A stretch of DNA of 64,000 nt from positions 2,912,001 to 2,976,000 of the forward strand of contig CBDIID010000003.1 of the NCBI GenBank assembly GCA_965279515.1, given 5' to 3'. Shown here piece after piece: positions 28,251-38,186 of the stretch. The notes under the pieces were generated by a model. It was not told where the DNA came from and did no database searches. It was given only the letters and a program-made list of their open reading frames with translations. The DNA is from Turneriella sp. Lineage in GTDB: Bacteria; Spirochaetota; Leptospiria; Turneriellales; Turneriellaceae. Positions within the stretch are counted from its first letter, which is position 1; each line of letters starts with the position of its first letter. Both the position numbers and the translations under genes were made by a program.

Positions 28251-29037
28251 GGGTTGTGGCACGCGCCACATCGCGCAGAATCGCGGCGAATTCATGGAAC
28301 TGGATGACAACCCAGTTTGTCGTCGTGAGATTTTTCGTCAGGCCATAACGCACCTTTTCGCCCTCAGGCGTGAATGTGCCGAATATCCGGTCCCAAAAGA
28401 TGAAGATGCCGCCGTAATTGCGGTCGATGTACTGCGGGTTTGAACCGTGGTGCACGCGGTGGTGCGACGGGGTATTCAGGATGTATTCCAGCAGGCCGAG
28501 GCTGCGGATCGTTTCGGTATGCACCCAGTACTGGTAGATCAGATTGATGGACATCTGCAAAAGAATCATGTGCGGGTGAAATCCCACAAAGGCGATGGGC
28601 AGCCAGAACGGTGTCTCAATCAGCGGGGCCGTCCATGACTGGCGCAGCGCCGTCGCGAGATGGTAACGCTCGCTCGAGTGGTGCACGACATGCGTTGCCC
28701 ACAGAAAACGGATTTCATGGCTCAGGCGGTGCATCCAGTAAAAAGCAAAATCATCGGCGAGCACCAGCACGAGCCAAGTGAGCCACAGTGGCGTCATGCT
28801 GAACCATTTCGGGCCGGCATTGTAGCACAGCGTTAAGAGCCAGATGAATAAGACATTCCAGAAGAAGCGCACAACAAGACTGCCCACACCACCCGAGAGG
28901 CTCGCCGCGGTATCGGCGACGGCGTAGGCATGTTTCTGGCGCCAGAGCACAAAGTTCTCAATCCCCATGGTGATGAGATAGAAGGGGATCGCCAGAATTG
29001 TGGGTTCCTCTTTGATGTATTGGATTATTTGTTCCAT
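28186..29037 (-). CDS. Sterol desaturase / alkylglycerol monooxygenase-like protein
   Basis: YWMHRLSH, WATHVVHHSS, ALRQS, YQYWVHT, TPSHHRVHHG, DRNYGG. Confidence 0.88.
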   Translation of the reverse strand: MEQIIQYIKEEPTILAIPFYLITMGIENFVLWRQKHAYAVADTAASLSGGVGSLVVRFFWNVLFIWLLTLCYNAGPKWFSMTPLWLTWLVLVLADDFAFYWMHRLSHEIRFLWATHVVHHSSERYHLATALRQSWTAPLIETPFWLPIAFVGFHPHMILLQMSINLIYQYWVHTETIRSLGLLEYILNTPSHHRVHHGSNPQYIDRNYGGIFIFWDRIFGTFTPEGEKVRYGLTKNLTTTNWVVIQFHEFAAILRDVARATTLREKLRQLFGNPTALAQTAKK

Positions 29038-29639
29038 GTTTTTGCTCCTGGTTTATTCATCTGGGGCATCAGAATGCCCGAGAATTTTTTGAGTAAAGAT
29101 ATGACTTCGCGTTCGTTGGTATCGTCTTCGATGAGATGCCTTTCGACGGCGATACCCTGCATGAGATAGATGGTCGCCAGGGCCACGCTGCGCATTAGCC
29201 CACCTTCTTCGCCGGGGAAAATTTTCTCGAGCAGGCGGTCGGTATTCTGCCGGTGTTCCGTCACGATCGGCTGGATTGCCTGGCGAAGTTCGGCATCCGC
29301 CGACGCCTCGGCATAGAGGCGCGAGATGGCGACAAAATCTGTTGTGTGAAACCAATCCCAGAGATTCTGCACAACATGCTCGGGGTTGGGTGTGGTCTTT
29401 TCCGCGAACATATTTTCGAAATCGCACATCACCTGCTTGAAGAGGGGTTTAGTCGCGCCCACAACGGCGGCGGTCTTTGTGGGATAATAACGAAAGAGGG
29501 CTCCCTGCGAGAGCCCAGCCGCATCGGCGATGTCGCTCGTTGTCATGCGCGAGAAGCCTTTATTAACTATGACATCCACCGTAGCGGTATGGAGTTTATC
29601 GAGCGTATCAGCCCGGCGTTCTTCCTGCGTGCGCGCCAC
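29025..29639 (-). CDS. TetR family regulator
   Basis: RTQEERR...IADAAGLSQGALFRYYPTK HTH. Confidence 0.9.
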   Translation of the reverse strand: MARTQEERRADTLDKLHTATVDVIVNKGFSRMTTSDIADAAGLSQGALFRYYPTKTAAVVGATKPLFKQVMCDFENMFAEKTTPNPEHVVQNLWDWFHTTDFVAISRLYAEASADAELRQAIQPIVTEHRQNTDRLLEKIFPGEEGGLMRSVALATIYLMQGIAVERHLIEDDTNEREVISLLKKFSGILMPQMNKPGAKTWNK

Positions 29640-29664
29640 GAGGCATATTTTGACTTGTGAACAT

Positions 29665-29678
29665 AGTGACTAGTCACT
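29665..29678. promoter_or_regulatory. Probable TetR operator
   Basis: Perfect 14-bp palindrome AGTGACTAGTCACT, 25 nt upstream of the tetR start. Confidence 0.65.
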
Positions 29679-29698
29679 TTTTATTATGGGTTCATTAA

Positions 29699-30436
29699 CT
29701 ATTCCGTAGCGGGGGCCAGCTTATACAGGCGGTTCACGGTTGCCGTGATCTTGGGGCTCCAGCGGCGGATGCTCGCCTCGATTTCGTTATACGGCAGCCA
29801 TTTGTCCCGCGGCCGAAAATACAGCTCCGTCGATCGGCGGTCTGCGAATAGCTTGTAGTCAAATTTCGGATTTCCCCCGCAGAGATAGCCCATGTAATAA
29901 TAATCAAAACCCAGCCGGAGCGAATAATCGATCTCGGCGAGAAACAGGTATTTGCCTGGGCTGTCGTCACTGAATGCGGGGTCGTAAAAATGCAAAATGC
30001 CCGTACTGGTGCGCGCGCCGAGATCGAAATAACCGACGGCTATGAGACGCTCGCCGTCGCGCATCTCGATGAGGCGCGAATCAAACGCGTTCGTGGCGCC
30101 GTTATCCAGCAGGTAAGAGGCCACTGATTCCGACATGGCAAAATCGATGCTGGCACGATAGGTTCTGAAAAGATTCTCGATTTCATCGGTGATCGCGAAG
30201 GGTTTGATCGTCAATTGAAAGCGGGAGTTTTTTGCGGCAATGCGCCGCGCGCTGCGCGAGGGTTGGTAACGCTTGAGGTCGATTCTGAGCCAAAACACCG
30301 GAACGAGTTTCTCGTCATAGGTGATGAGATCGGTGGTGATAAAACTCTGCGTGATGCGGTACCAGCCGCGCGCGAGGCAGGCATCGAGCAGGCTGCCATC
30401 CATTCTTTCGGGGTAGGCTGTCTGGTAATAAATCAT
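29699..30436 (-). CDS. Aminoacyl-tRNA--protein transferase (Bpt/ATE1-like)
   Basis: LARGWYR, LIAVGYFD, FYDP, SPGKY, YYYMGY, KFDYK. Confidence 0.8.
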   Translation of the reverse strand: MIYYQTAYPERMDGSLLDACLARGWYRITQSFITTDLITYDEKLVPVFWLRIDLKRYQPSRSARRIAAKNSRFQLTIKPFAITDEIENLFRTYRASIDFAMSESVASYLLDNGATNAFDSRLIEMRDGERLIAVGYFDLGARTSTGILHFYDPAFSDDSPGKYLFLAEIDYSLRLGFDYYYMGYLCGGNPKFDYKLFADRRSTELYFRPRDKWLPYNEIEASIRRWSPKITATVNRLYKLAPATE

Positions 30437-30451
30437 TGCCCTGCTTTCCGG

Positions 30452-31336
30452 TCACCGTTTCACAAGGCGCTTCCAGAATGTCTCGCCTGTTTCTGAAAAA
30501 ATAACCCCGGCAGTTACGGCGAGCGCGCCCCAGGCGGCGCGTTCATGGAAGGGCTCGAGAGAAAGCACCAGGGCGTAGAGCGTCGCAAATACGGGCTCCA
30601 GCGCGAAAATCACACCGGCACGCGCCGGCGTCGATTGCGGCTGGTAGCGCATCTGCATCATGACGACGACCACGGTTCCCGGCACAATGAGGTAAGCGAG
30701 CGCCATACCCAGGGTGGGATTTACCTCGAATCTAAATCCTTCGGCGAATGCCAGCGGCAACGACAGCACAGCGACGGTAAAACTCTGCACTGTGGACAGA
30801 GTCCCGCGCCGCGCCGGTGTGCTCCAGCGGTCGACGCCGATGATATAGAAGCTGAAGGCGATGGCGCAGCCGAGCGTCCATGCATCGCCGCGATTCAGGG
30901 CGAGAAACCCCGAGGGTGATGTCAGCAGGTAGAGGCCGGCGATGACGATGATGGCGCCGGTCGCCGTGGCCCACGAAGGCAGCTTGCGGTAGAAAAGAAA
31001 TGCCAGCACGGGCGTGAAGAGCACCAGCGTTTCGGTGAGAAAAGCAGAACGCGATGTTGTGGTATATTGCAGGCCGAGCGTCTGCAGACCGAAGCCGGCG
31101 AAAAATGTCAGACCGAGAATGCCGCCCTGCATGAGTGTCGCACGGTCGATATGCCTGAGCTGGGGAAAATAGATCAGCGCAAAGAGCAATCCGGCAGCGG
31201 CGAAGCGCACCGCGACCAGCAGCCAGGGTGACGCAAAGTCCAGTGCGAACTTCACAGACGCAAAGGTGCCGCCCCAGATGACCGTGCAGAGCACGAGCAT
31301 CAGTTCGGGAGATACCCGGAATTTCAAAGGCTGCAA
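30452..31336 (-). CDS. DMT/EamA family transporter
   Basis: IWGGTF, ~10 TM helices, GDAWTL, LEPVFA; start uncertain. Confidence 0.88.
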   Translation of the reverse strand: MQPLKFRVSPELMLVLCTVIWGGTFASVKFALDFASPWLLVAVRFAAAGLLFALIYFPQLRHIDRATLMQGGILGLTFFAGFGLQTLGLQYTTTSRSAFLTETLVLFTPVLAFLFYRKLPSWATATGAIIVIAGLYLLTSPSGFLALNRGDAWTLGCAIAFSFYIIGVDRWSTPARRGTLSTVQSFTVAVLSLPLAFAEGFRFEVNPTLGMALAYLIVPGTVVVVMMQMRYQPQSTPARAGVIFALEPVFATLYALVLSLEPFHERAAWGALAVTAGVIFSETGETFWKRLVKR

Positions 31337-31337
31337 G

Positions 31338-34031
31338 TCAGCCGACCGAGGTTTTGCTGAGTTCGACGCTGAGCAGCGTGCTGACACCCGGTTCGTTCAT
31401 GGTGACGCCGTAGAGCACGTCGGCCTTGCCCATGGTCTTCTTGTTATGCGTGATGAGGATGAATTGTGTATTCTTCGCAAATTCATCGAGCAGCGTGAGA
31501 AAGCGACCGACGTTCTGTTCGTCGAGCGGCGCATCGATCTCGTCGAGCACGCAGAACGGCGACGAGCGCACCATGTAGATCGCAAACATGAGTGCAATCG
31601 CGGTCATCGCCTTCTCGCCGCCCGACATCAGGCGCATCGATTTGGTTTTTTTGCCGGGCGGCGTCGCTTCGATTTCGATACCGCTGGTCAGTGCTTGCTC
31701 AGGGTCGAGTAGTTCGAGGCGGGCCTGGCCACCGTTGAAGAGTTTGCCGAAGATCTCGGCGAAGTTATGGTTGATCTGTTCGAATGATTCGCGGAACAGC
31801 GTTTCTGATTTTTGCTGAATTTCGAGCATCACCTTTTCGATGTCGGCGCGCGCCTTCATGATATCGTCGACCTGCGCCTGCTGGTGGTCATACATCTCTT
31901 TGACGTGGCGGTGCTGTTCGATGGCGAGCTGGTTGATTTGCCCCAGTGCCGAAATCGCGCGTTGCAGGTCAGTCAGTTTGTCTTTCTCGTCGGCAAGTTG
32001 CAGCTTGCCCGAGGTGAACTGGCCCGAGAGTTCTTGCCAGCTGAGCGCATAGTCGTTATAGATATTCTGGAGTAATAGGTCGCGCGTACCATTCATGGTA
32101 CCGATCTTGCCTTCTAGCTCGCTGACGGCGACGAAGACCTCGTCGGTTTTCGATGCCTCGCGCTTCATGGTATCGACGAGTTCGCGGCGCTTTTCGTCGA
32201 CTTTTTGGATGTCTTTTTCGATGCCCGCGATGCGCTGGCTTTCCTTTTCAATGCTGCTCTTCAGCTTTTCGACTTCGCGCACCAGGTTCTTTTGTTCCTG
32301 CGTCAGCTGCATCACCGAGCGGTCGATTTCGGTAAATTGCGCGCGCACGAAGCCCATATTGGTTTCTTCGTTTGTGATCTGGCCGGCGAGGTTCTTCTCT
32401 TTTTCTTTGACGCTGGTGATCTGTACATTCAGGGATTTAACATCGCCCAGCAGTTTCTCGCGTTCTTGTTTCTTGGAGGACCCTTCTTCGGCGAGTTGCT
32501 GCTTTTTTAGCGTCAGCCGGTGCGTTTCTTTTGCCGCATCGGCAAGGGTTTTTTCGAGACCGGCGATCTCTTCATCGAGCTCTTCTTTACGCGAGTGTAC
32601 CCCGCCTTTTTCGAATAGAATTTCGTGAAGGCCACGACTCATTTCCGCCAAAACGCGCGCTTTCTCCTGGATTTTCGCGATATGGTGCTTCGCGGTGGCA
32701 TCTGCCGTCAATGCAGCACAACAATCCTCAATGATCTTTAATGCTTCTTCCCGTCCCTTCGCGGTTTTTTCCCAGCGGGCCTTCTCGTTTTTCAGTGATA
32801 CAAGAAGTTCCTGAATTGTTTCTTCTTGTTTTGCGCTTACCGCACTGAGGTTTTTCTCGGCAGATTTTTTTTCTTCTTCGAGACGCTGAATCTCTTTGTC
32901 GGCCGCGGCGGTCTCTTCGGCGCACTTGTCGATGCGTTCCTGCAGGCGGCCGATTTCCTTTTCAATGTCCGATACCTTGAGGTCGAGCTTCAGTGTGAAC
33001 TGGTTCTGTTCGGCGGCTTCGCTTTTCAGTTCTTTGATACGTTTTTCAAAACGTGTGATCTGCTCTTTGAGGCCGCCGAGCTGAGCCGCTAACGTGGTCT
33101 TGCGGCCTTCTTGCTCTTCGATCGTGCGACCCAGCTGTGCGATCTTCTCGTTCGCCACCTGGCTCGACACGTCTTTGCGGTGGAGTTCTTCCTTTAGATT
33201 ACGTTCGTCTTCGTCGAGCGTCGTCAGGCGCTCCTGCATCTGTATCAGCTTCTGCTGGATCTTTTCTTTCTCGGCGTGGCGGCGGCTGAGCTTTTCTTTT
33301 AGATCATCGAGTTTCTCATTCGTGTCACGCACCATGAGATAGCGGATCTTGAGGTCATGGTCTTTGTACTTCGCCATGAGTGCATTGTACTCGGCGGTCT
33401 TCTTTGCCTGCTCGGCGATGGTTTTCAGCTCTCGTTCGAGCCCGCGCTGGATATCTTCCACGCGCGTCAGGTTGAGCTGCGTGTTCTGAAGGTTTTTTTC
33501 GGCCTCTTCGCGTTGCGCCTTGAAGCGTGAAACCCCCGCGGCTTCCTCAAAGATGACACGGCGGTCTTCGGGTTTACTCGAAAGAATCTGGTCCATCCGC
33601 CCCTGTTCCATGAAGGAGTATGAGGACTTACCAATACCCGTGTCGCGGAACAGGTCTTCGATCTCCTTGAGTGCGACGCGGCTGTCGTTGATGAAGTACT
33701 GGCTCTGCCCGTCGCGGTAAAGGCGGCGGCCGACCTTGACATCGTCGGTATCGATTTTGAGCAGACGGATACGGTTGTCGAAGGTGAGCGAAACCTGGGC
33801 AAAGTTCGCGGCTTTGCGCGTGCTGGTGCCGGCAAAGATGACATCTTCCATCTTCTCGCCGCGCATGGTTTTGACCGATTTCTCGCCCAGCACCCATTTC
33901 ATGCTATCGAGCACGTTCGACTTGCCGCAGCCGTTCGGGCCAACGACGCCGGAGACCGAATTTGAAAACGCAATCTTCGTCTTATCGGCGAATGACTTAA
34001 AACCTAAAACTTCGAGTTCTTTTAAGAGCAT
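31338..34031 (-). CDS. smc: Chromosome segregation protein SMC (short form)
   Basis: GFKSF, GPNGCGKSN, MSGGEK, LDEIDAPLD, ITH and long coiled coils; only 897 aa. Confidence 0.9.
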   Translation of the reverse strand: MLLKELEVLGFKSFADKTKIAFSNSVSGVVGPNGCGKSNVLDSMKWVLGEKSVKTMRGEKMEDVIFAGTSTRKAANFAQVSLTFDNRIRLLKIDTDDVKVGRRLYRDGQSQYFINDSRVALKEIEDLFRDTGIGKSSYSFMEQGRMDQILSSKPEDRRVIFEEAAGVSRFKAQREEAEKNLQNTQLNLTRVEDIQRGLERELKTIAEQAKKTAEYNALMAKYKDHDLKIRYLMVRDTNEKLDDLKEKLSRRHAEKEKIQQKLIQMQERLTTLDEDERNLKEELHRKDVSSQVANEKIAQLGRTIEEQEGRKTTLAAQLGGLKEQITRFEKRIKELKSEAAEQNQFTLKLDLKVSDIEKEIGRLQERIDKCAEETAAADKEIQRLEEEKKSAEKNLSAVSAKQEETIQELLVSLKNEKARWEKTAKGREEALKIIEDCCAALTADATAKHHIAKIQEKARVLAEMSRGLHEILFEKGGVHSRKEELDEEIAGLEKTLADAAKETHRLTLKKQQLAEEGSSKKQEREKLLGDVKSLNVQITSVKEKEKNLAGQITNEETNMGFVRAQFTEIDRSVMQLTQEQKNLVREVEKLKSSIEKESQRIAGIEKDIQKVDEKRRELVDTMKREASKTDEVFVAVSELEGKIGTMNGTRDLLLQNIYNDYALSWQELSGQFTSGKLQLADEKDKLTDLQRAISALGQINQLAIEQHRHVKEMYDHQQAQVDDIMKARADIEKVMLEIQQKSETLFRESFEQINHNFAEIFGKLFNGGQARLELLDPEQALTSGIEIEATPPGKKTKSMRLMSGGEKAMTAIALMFAIYMVRSSPFCVLDEIDAPLDEQNVGRFLTLLDEFAKNTQFILITHNKKTMGKADVLYGVTMNEPGVSTLLSVELSKTSVG

Positions 34032-34036
34032 TTTGC

Positions 34037-35740
34037 TTGAAAGCGTATTCTGATTTCTTTCATCACCGCATGGCCCCGGGCGAAGCTAAAGGAAGATACG
34101 CCCATTACCGTTTCGGCTACGAAAAGGGTCAGTTCTCTATTTTTGCCGGCACCGAAAAGGAAAAAGGGGTTTCGCTGGTTTCCCCGCGTGATCCGGTGCG
34201 CGAGGCCGAACGCCACATCGGCGCCTTCAGGCTGAGGCCCGGTATGCTGGCGGTCGTCGCCGGCGTGGGGCATCTGCCGATGCTCGAGATGCTGGTTGAG
34301 CAGCTCAAGACCCCAACGGGCAGAGGCGGATGGATTCTGGCCTTCGAGGCTGACACCGAGCTGTTTCTGGCACTTAAAAAATCGCGCCCCGATATCTTTG
34401 CCGACGTGGCCGTCATCGTCCCTGAAAACCTGAACGTGATGGCCGAGCTTGTCGAAAAGATCGACGTCGAAAATTTCGTCGGCTACCGCACTTTTGAAAA
34501 CAAGGCCAGCGTGGGGTTTGATGCCGCGTTTTATGCGGAGGCGATCGGCGACTTCAAAAAGAAGCTGGCTTCGCGTTTTTCAGACCTCTTTACCCGCCTC
34601 GAATTTGAAGAACGCTGGGTTTTCAATTCACTCAGCAAGCTACCGTTGATGGCGAAGGCGCGCCCGGTGTCGGCGCTCTTTGGTTTGGGCCGTGGCGCCG
34701 ATGCGCTGATTGTTTCCACGGGGCCGTCACTGCGCGATTCGCTGGCGGAAATTAAAGAGCACCAGCATCACTATTTTATCGCCTGCGCCGATTCGGCCTA
34801 CCGCGTGTTGGTACGCGCCGGCATCACTCCCCACCTGGTATTTTCGCTGGATAGCCAGGCGCACACGGCGAAACATTTTGGTTTGTTGCCGCGCGGAAAA
34901 ACCGCCGCTTATCCGCTGCTTGTCTGCGATGCAGTCTCGAACCCCTGTGTCGCGCGCGATTGGCAGGGTGAGCTTGCCATTTCTTACACCGCGCAATATC
35001 CTGATGACAAACGTATGGTGAGCCCCGGCTGCGATTATATTGAAGATGAGGGATTCATCGAAGGGACCGTGGGCCTCGTACCCGGCGATTTGCAATCGGG
35101 CGGTTCGGTAGCGACGTCGATCTTCGACCTGATGCGCCTCATGGAATTCGACCGGATTATTCTCATCGGCCAAGATCTGGCCTATACGCGGCGGGAAATC
35201 CACACGCCCGGCACACACCACACCGACGAGTGGCTCTCGAAAACGACGAACCGGCTGCAGCCGCTCGAAAATATCAACGAACGTGTGATACGCCGCCGGC
35301 ACACGAAGCGTGAGATCTCGGTTACGGGCAGGCCGATTGTCACGGATTATATCCTGTCACTCTACCGTGACTGGTTTGCGACGGCGATTGAACGGCTGCC
35401 GCAAAAGATTTTAAATGCCACCCGCGATGGTCTCAAAATTCCCGGGGCGGTACCGCTGGCGACGCTTGAGGGGGCAACAGGTAATAATGCGGAGATCCTC
35501 GCCAAATTTCTCTCTGCACCGTTGTTGCAGGTGAACCACAACAGAGTGCAGAACCTGGGTTCGAAAATGATTTCGACCGCGAATGTTTCCGAATTGTCAT
35601 TCCTGCGTTACGTGGGCCGCAAGTTCGCAATCAAGGCAATACGCTCGCCTGAGAGCGCGGATGCCCTCATCAAAAAACAAAAAATCAAGCAGCGCAATTT
35701 CCTGAACAAGATGGCGTCCAAACTCTACCGCCATGGCTGA
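34037..35740 (+). CDS. Motility-associated factor (Maf/DUF115) glycosyltransferase family protein
   Basis: IVSTGPSL, IACADSA, GGSVAT, IILIGQDLAY, ILNAT; start TTG 34037 or ATG 34070. Confidence 0.8.
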   Translation: MKAYSDFFHHRMAPGEAKGRYAHYRFGYEKGQFSIFAGTEKEKGVSLVSPRDPVREAERHIGAFRLRPGMLAVVAGVGHLPMLEMLVEQLKTPTGRGGWILAFEADTELFLALKKSRPDIFADVAVIVPENLNVMAELVEKIDVENFVGYRTFENKASVGFDAAFYAEAIGDFKKKLASRFSDLFTRLEFEERWVFNSLSKLPLMAKARPVSALFGLGRGADALIVSTGPSLRDSLAEIKEHQHHYFIACADSAYRVLVRAGITPHLVFSLDSQAHTAKHFGLLPRGKTAAYPLLVCDAVSNPCVARDWQGELAISYTAQYPDDKRMVSPGCDYIEDEGFIEGTVGLVPGDLQSGGSVATSIFDLMRLMEFDRIILIGQDLAYTRREIHTPGTHHTDEWLSKTTNRLQPLENINERVIRRRHTKREISVTGRPIVTDYILSLYRDWFATAIERLPQKILNATRDGLKIPGAVPLATLEGATGNNAEILAKFLSAPLLQVNHNRVQNLGSKMISTANVSELSFLRYVGRKFAIKAIRSPESADALIKKQKIKQRNFLNKMASKLYRHG

Positions 35741-38186
35741 TGAAGGTAGCGGCGGCTTTTTCTCACGGCTGGGAGCCCGGTTCTGGCCGTTCTGGCTTTT
35801 CTATGTCCGGCGTTTTGGCTGGCTGATTGTTCTGCTTCTTGTCTTCACGAGCTTCATGGGCTTCCGCTATGGGCGCGAGATCCGTATCGATACAAACCTG
35901 CTGCACCTTCTGCCTGCCGATACCGAATCCCTGCAGCGCCTGAACAAATTACGCGATGAATCCGAGATCAAGGGGTTTCTCGTCGTCTCGTTCGAGGCTG
36001 ATACTGCGCAAACGGAGGATAAACTCCTTGCGGCGGCGCAGAAGCTGGAATCGGTCATACACACCGACGCTTTCCTGAACTCTTCAACGAACCGGGTCAT
36101 CTACCGCATTCCGGGAGACTTCTTGCTGCGCTACTCGCTCTATTATGCCGATATCGCCGATCTTTTCAAAATCGAGGCGCGGCTCAGGAATACGGTGAGC
36201 GATACGAAGAGAAAAGAAAATCCGTATTTCGAAGATTTAGAAGAATCTGCACCGGCAAAATTTTATATCGGCGACATTCTCAACAAATACCGCAAGCGCT
36301 ACGTAACAACCAATGCCTTCATCGCCAACGACCGTAAACGCATTGCCGTTTTGCTTTCGCTGAAAAAATCACCCGACGACATCCAGTTCTCGTCATCTTA
36401 CTTATCGAGTCTCAGGGATCAGATTCAAGCGTATGCGAAACAGCACGGTTTCGTGGTGAACCTGTCGGGCCGCTACGCTTCAGACATTGAAAAACAGAAG
36501 CGCCTGCAGAGTGATATCAACCAGTCGACGACGATCACGCTGCTTATTCTGATAGCATCGCTCATTGTCTTTTTCCGTTCGCTGCGCGTCATGCTGGTGA
36601 TCGGCCTGCCCGTCGCCGCGGCGCTGGGCTACACTTACCACGCCGCGTGGTATTTCATTGGCCAAATCAGCATCATCAGTTCATTTCTGACTTCGATCCT
36701 GCTGGGGTTAGGCATCGATTACGGCATCCATCTCTTTGCGCGTTACAAAAGCGAGCGGTTGGCAGGCAATGGCATGACGAAGGCGCTCGAAACAACGATG
36801 CGCAACCTGTTCCGGGGGTTGAGCTTCGGCATGATTAGTACTGCCGCGGTGTTTTTGACGCTGAGTTTTTCGCGTTTCATCGCCTTCGCCGAATTCGGTA
36901 AAATTGCCCTTGCGGGGATCGTGTTCTTTTTCCTGGCCTTTATCCTGTTTTTCCCGGCTCTTGTTTTCATTACGGAAAGATTTTCATTCGATACGACAGA
37001 GCCCTCTCACATGCTTGAGAAAACGCGTAAGACGCGCGGCTGGCATATTGCCATCATCGCCTGCGTCATCGGCTACGGCATCTTTACGCTGACCAAGCCA
37101 CCCTTTGAATACGATTTTTTCGAGCTCGACACCAGCATGCAGACGCCGCTGATCCAGGGCGGCAATGAGAGTCTCAAGGTGCTGGAAAACCGCGAGCATA
37201 TGGTCATCTATGAGTTCGCGAATTTGGCAGAACTTCAGGGCGCTGAGGCGAACCTGCGCCAAACCGCGCCGCAGATACCCGTGGAAATCCATAGCATGCG
37301 CGATTTGTTGCCGGAGGATACTGCGCGTAAGCAGGTCGTGCTTTCGAGTATCCACGCGCTGCTGCGGCAGGCCGAACTGTTTTACCTCGTTGCCCTTGAT
37401 GCGGAAAATTTACGTCGGGTGCGTATGGGCCTGCGTATGACAGAGGCGCCGCCCGTCACCGTGGCTGCGATTCCCGAAGAGTTCAGGCAGCATCTCTATA
37501 AAAACGGAAAATATTACCTGTATATCTTTCCCAAGAACGCAAAGGTTTTGAAGCGCGGCGCGCTCGATTTTGCGGCGGCTTACCGGCAAGTTTGTACCGT
37601 TGCCCTGCAACCGGGCCAAACTTGCCTGCCCCAGAATATCAGGCATGGAATTTCTGATCTCTATGTGCTCGATGATATCCTGAACACGGTCATGCTCGAC
37701 CTTGTGAAAGAAATCTTCCTGATCAGCCTCGTGATCGCCGTGATTGTGCTGTCGATGACACGGCGGTTTGCTGGCATGCTGCTGATACTCGGGCCGCTGG
37801 TTGCCGGCATTCTGGGCCTCTTCGCCTTTATCGGCATCTGCCATCAGTTCAGCCCGTCATGGCTCTTTCAGTTTAACTACATCAATCTCCTGGCGATTCC
37901 GATACTTTTGGGCGTGGGCATCGACAACGGTATTTATCTCTATTCGCATGCACGCGAGCTGGGATTATCCCAGGTTAACCACATTATGATCAGTACCGGC
38001 GGATCGATCTTTATTTCCAATTTTACTACCGCGATGGGTTTTCTTTCGCTGACGATCTCAAGCCATGTGGGGCTCGCATCATTTGGATTTATCACGTTTA
38101 CGGGCATGCTCTGCGTGTTCTATTCTTACCGTGTGTTGTTCCCTGCTTTAGCGCGATTCTTCGAGAAGCTCGAGGCAGAAATTTGA
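35733..38186 (+). CDS. MMPL/RND family transporter
   Basis: Two repeats with GLGIDYGIH and GVGIDNGIY; 12-TM pattern. Confidence 0.88.
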   Translation: MADEGSGGFFSRLGARFWPFWLFYVRRFGWLIVLLLVFTSFMGFRYGREIRIDTNLLHLLPADTESLQRLNKLRDESEIKGFLVVSFEADTAQTEDKLLAAAQKLESVIHTDAFLNSSTNRVIYRIPGDFLLRYSLYYADIADLFKIEARLRNTVSDTKRKENPYFEDLEESAPAKFYIGDILNKYRKRYVTTNAFIANDRKRIAVLLSLKKSPDDIQFSSSYLSSLRDQIQAYAKQHGFVVNLSGRYASDIEKQKRLQSDINQSTTITLLILIASLIVFFRSLRVMLVIGLPVAAALGYTYHAAWYFIGQISIISSFLTSILLGLGIDYGIHLFARYKSERLAGNGMTKALETTMRNLFRGLSFGMISTAAVFLTLSFSRFIAFAEFGKIALAGIVFFFLAFILFFPALVFITERFSFDTTEPSHMLEKTRKTRGWHIAIIACVIGYGIFTLTKPPFEYDFFELDTSMQTPLIQGGNESLKVLENREHMVIYEFANLAELQGAEANLRQTAPQIPVEIHSMRDLLPEDTARKQVVLSSIHALLRQAELFYLVALDAENLRRVRMGLRMTEAPPVTVAAIPEEFRQHLYKNGKYYLYIFPKNAKVLKRGALDFAAAYRQVCTVALQPGQTCLPQNIRHGISDLYVLDDILNTVMLDLVKEIFLISLVIAVIVLSMTRRFAGMLLILGPLVAGILGLFAFIGICHQFSPSWLFQFNYINLLAIPILLGVGIDNGIYLYSHARELGLSQVNHIMISTGGSIFISNFTTAMGFLSLTISSHVGLASFGFITFTGMLCVFYSYRVLFPALARFFEKLEAEI

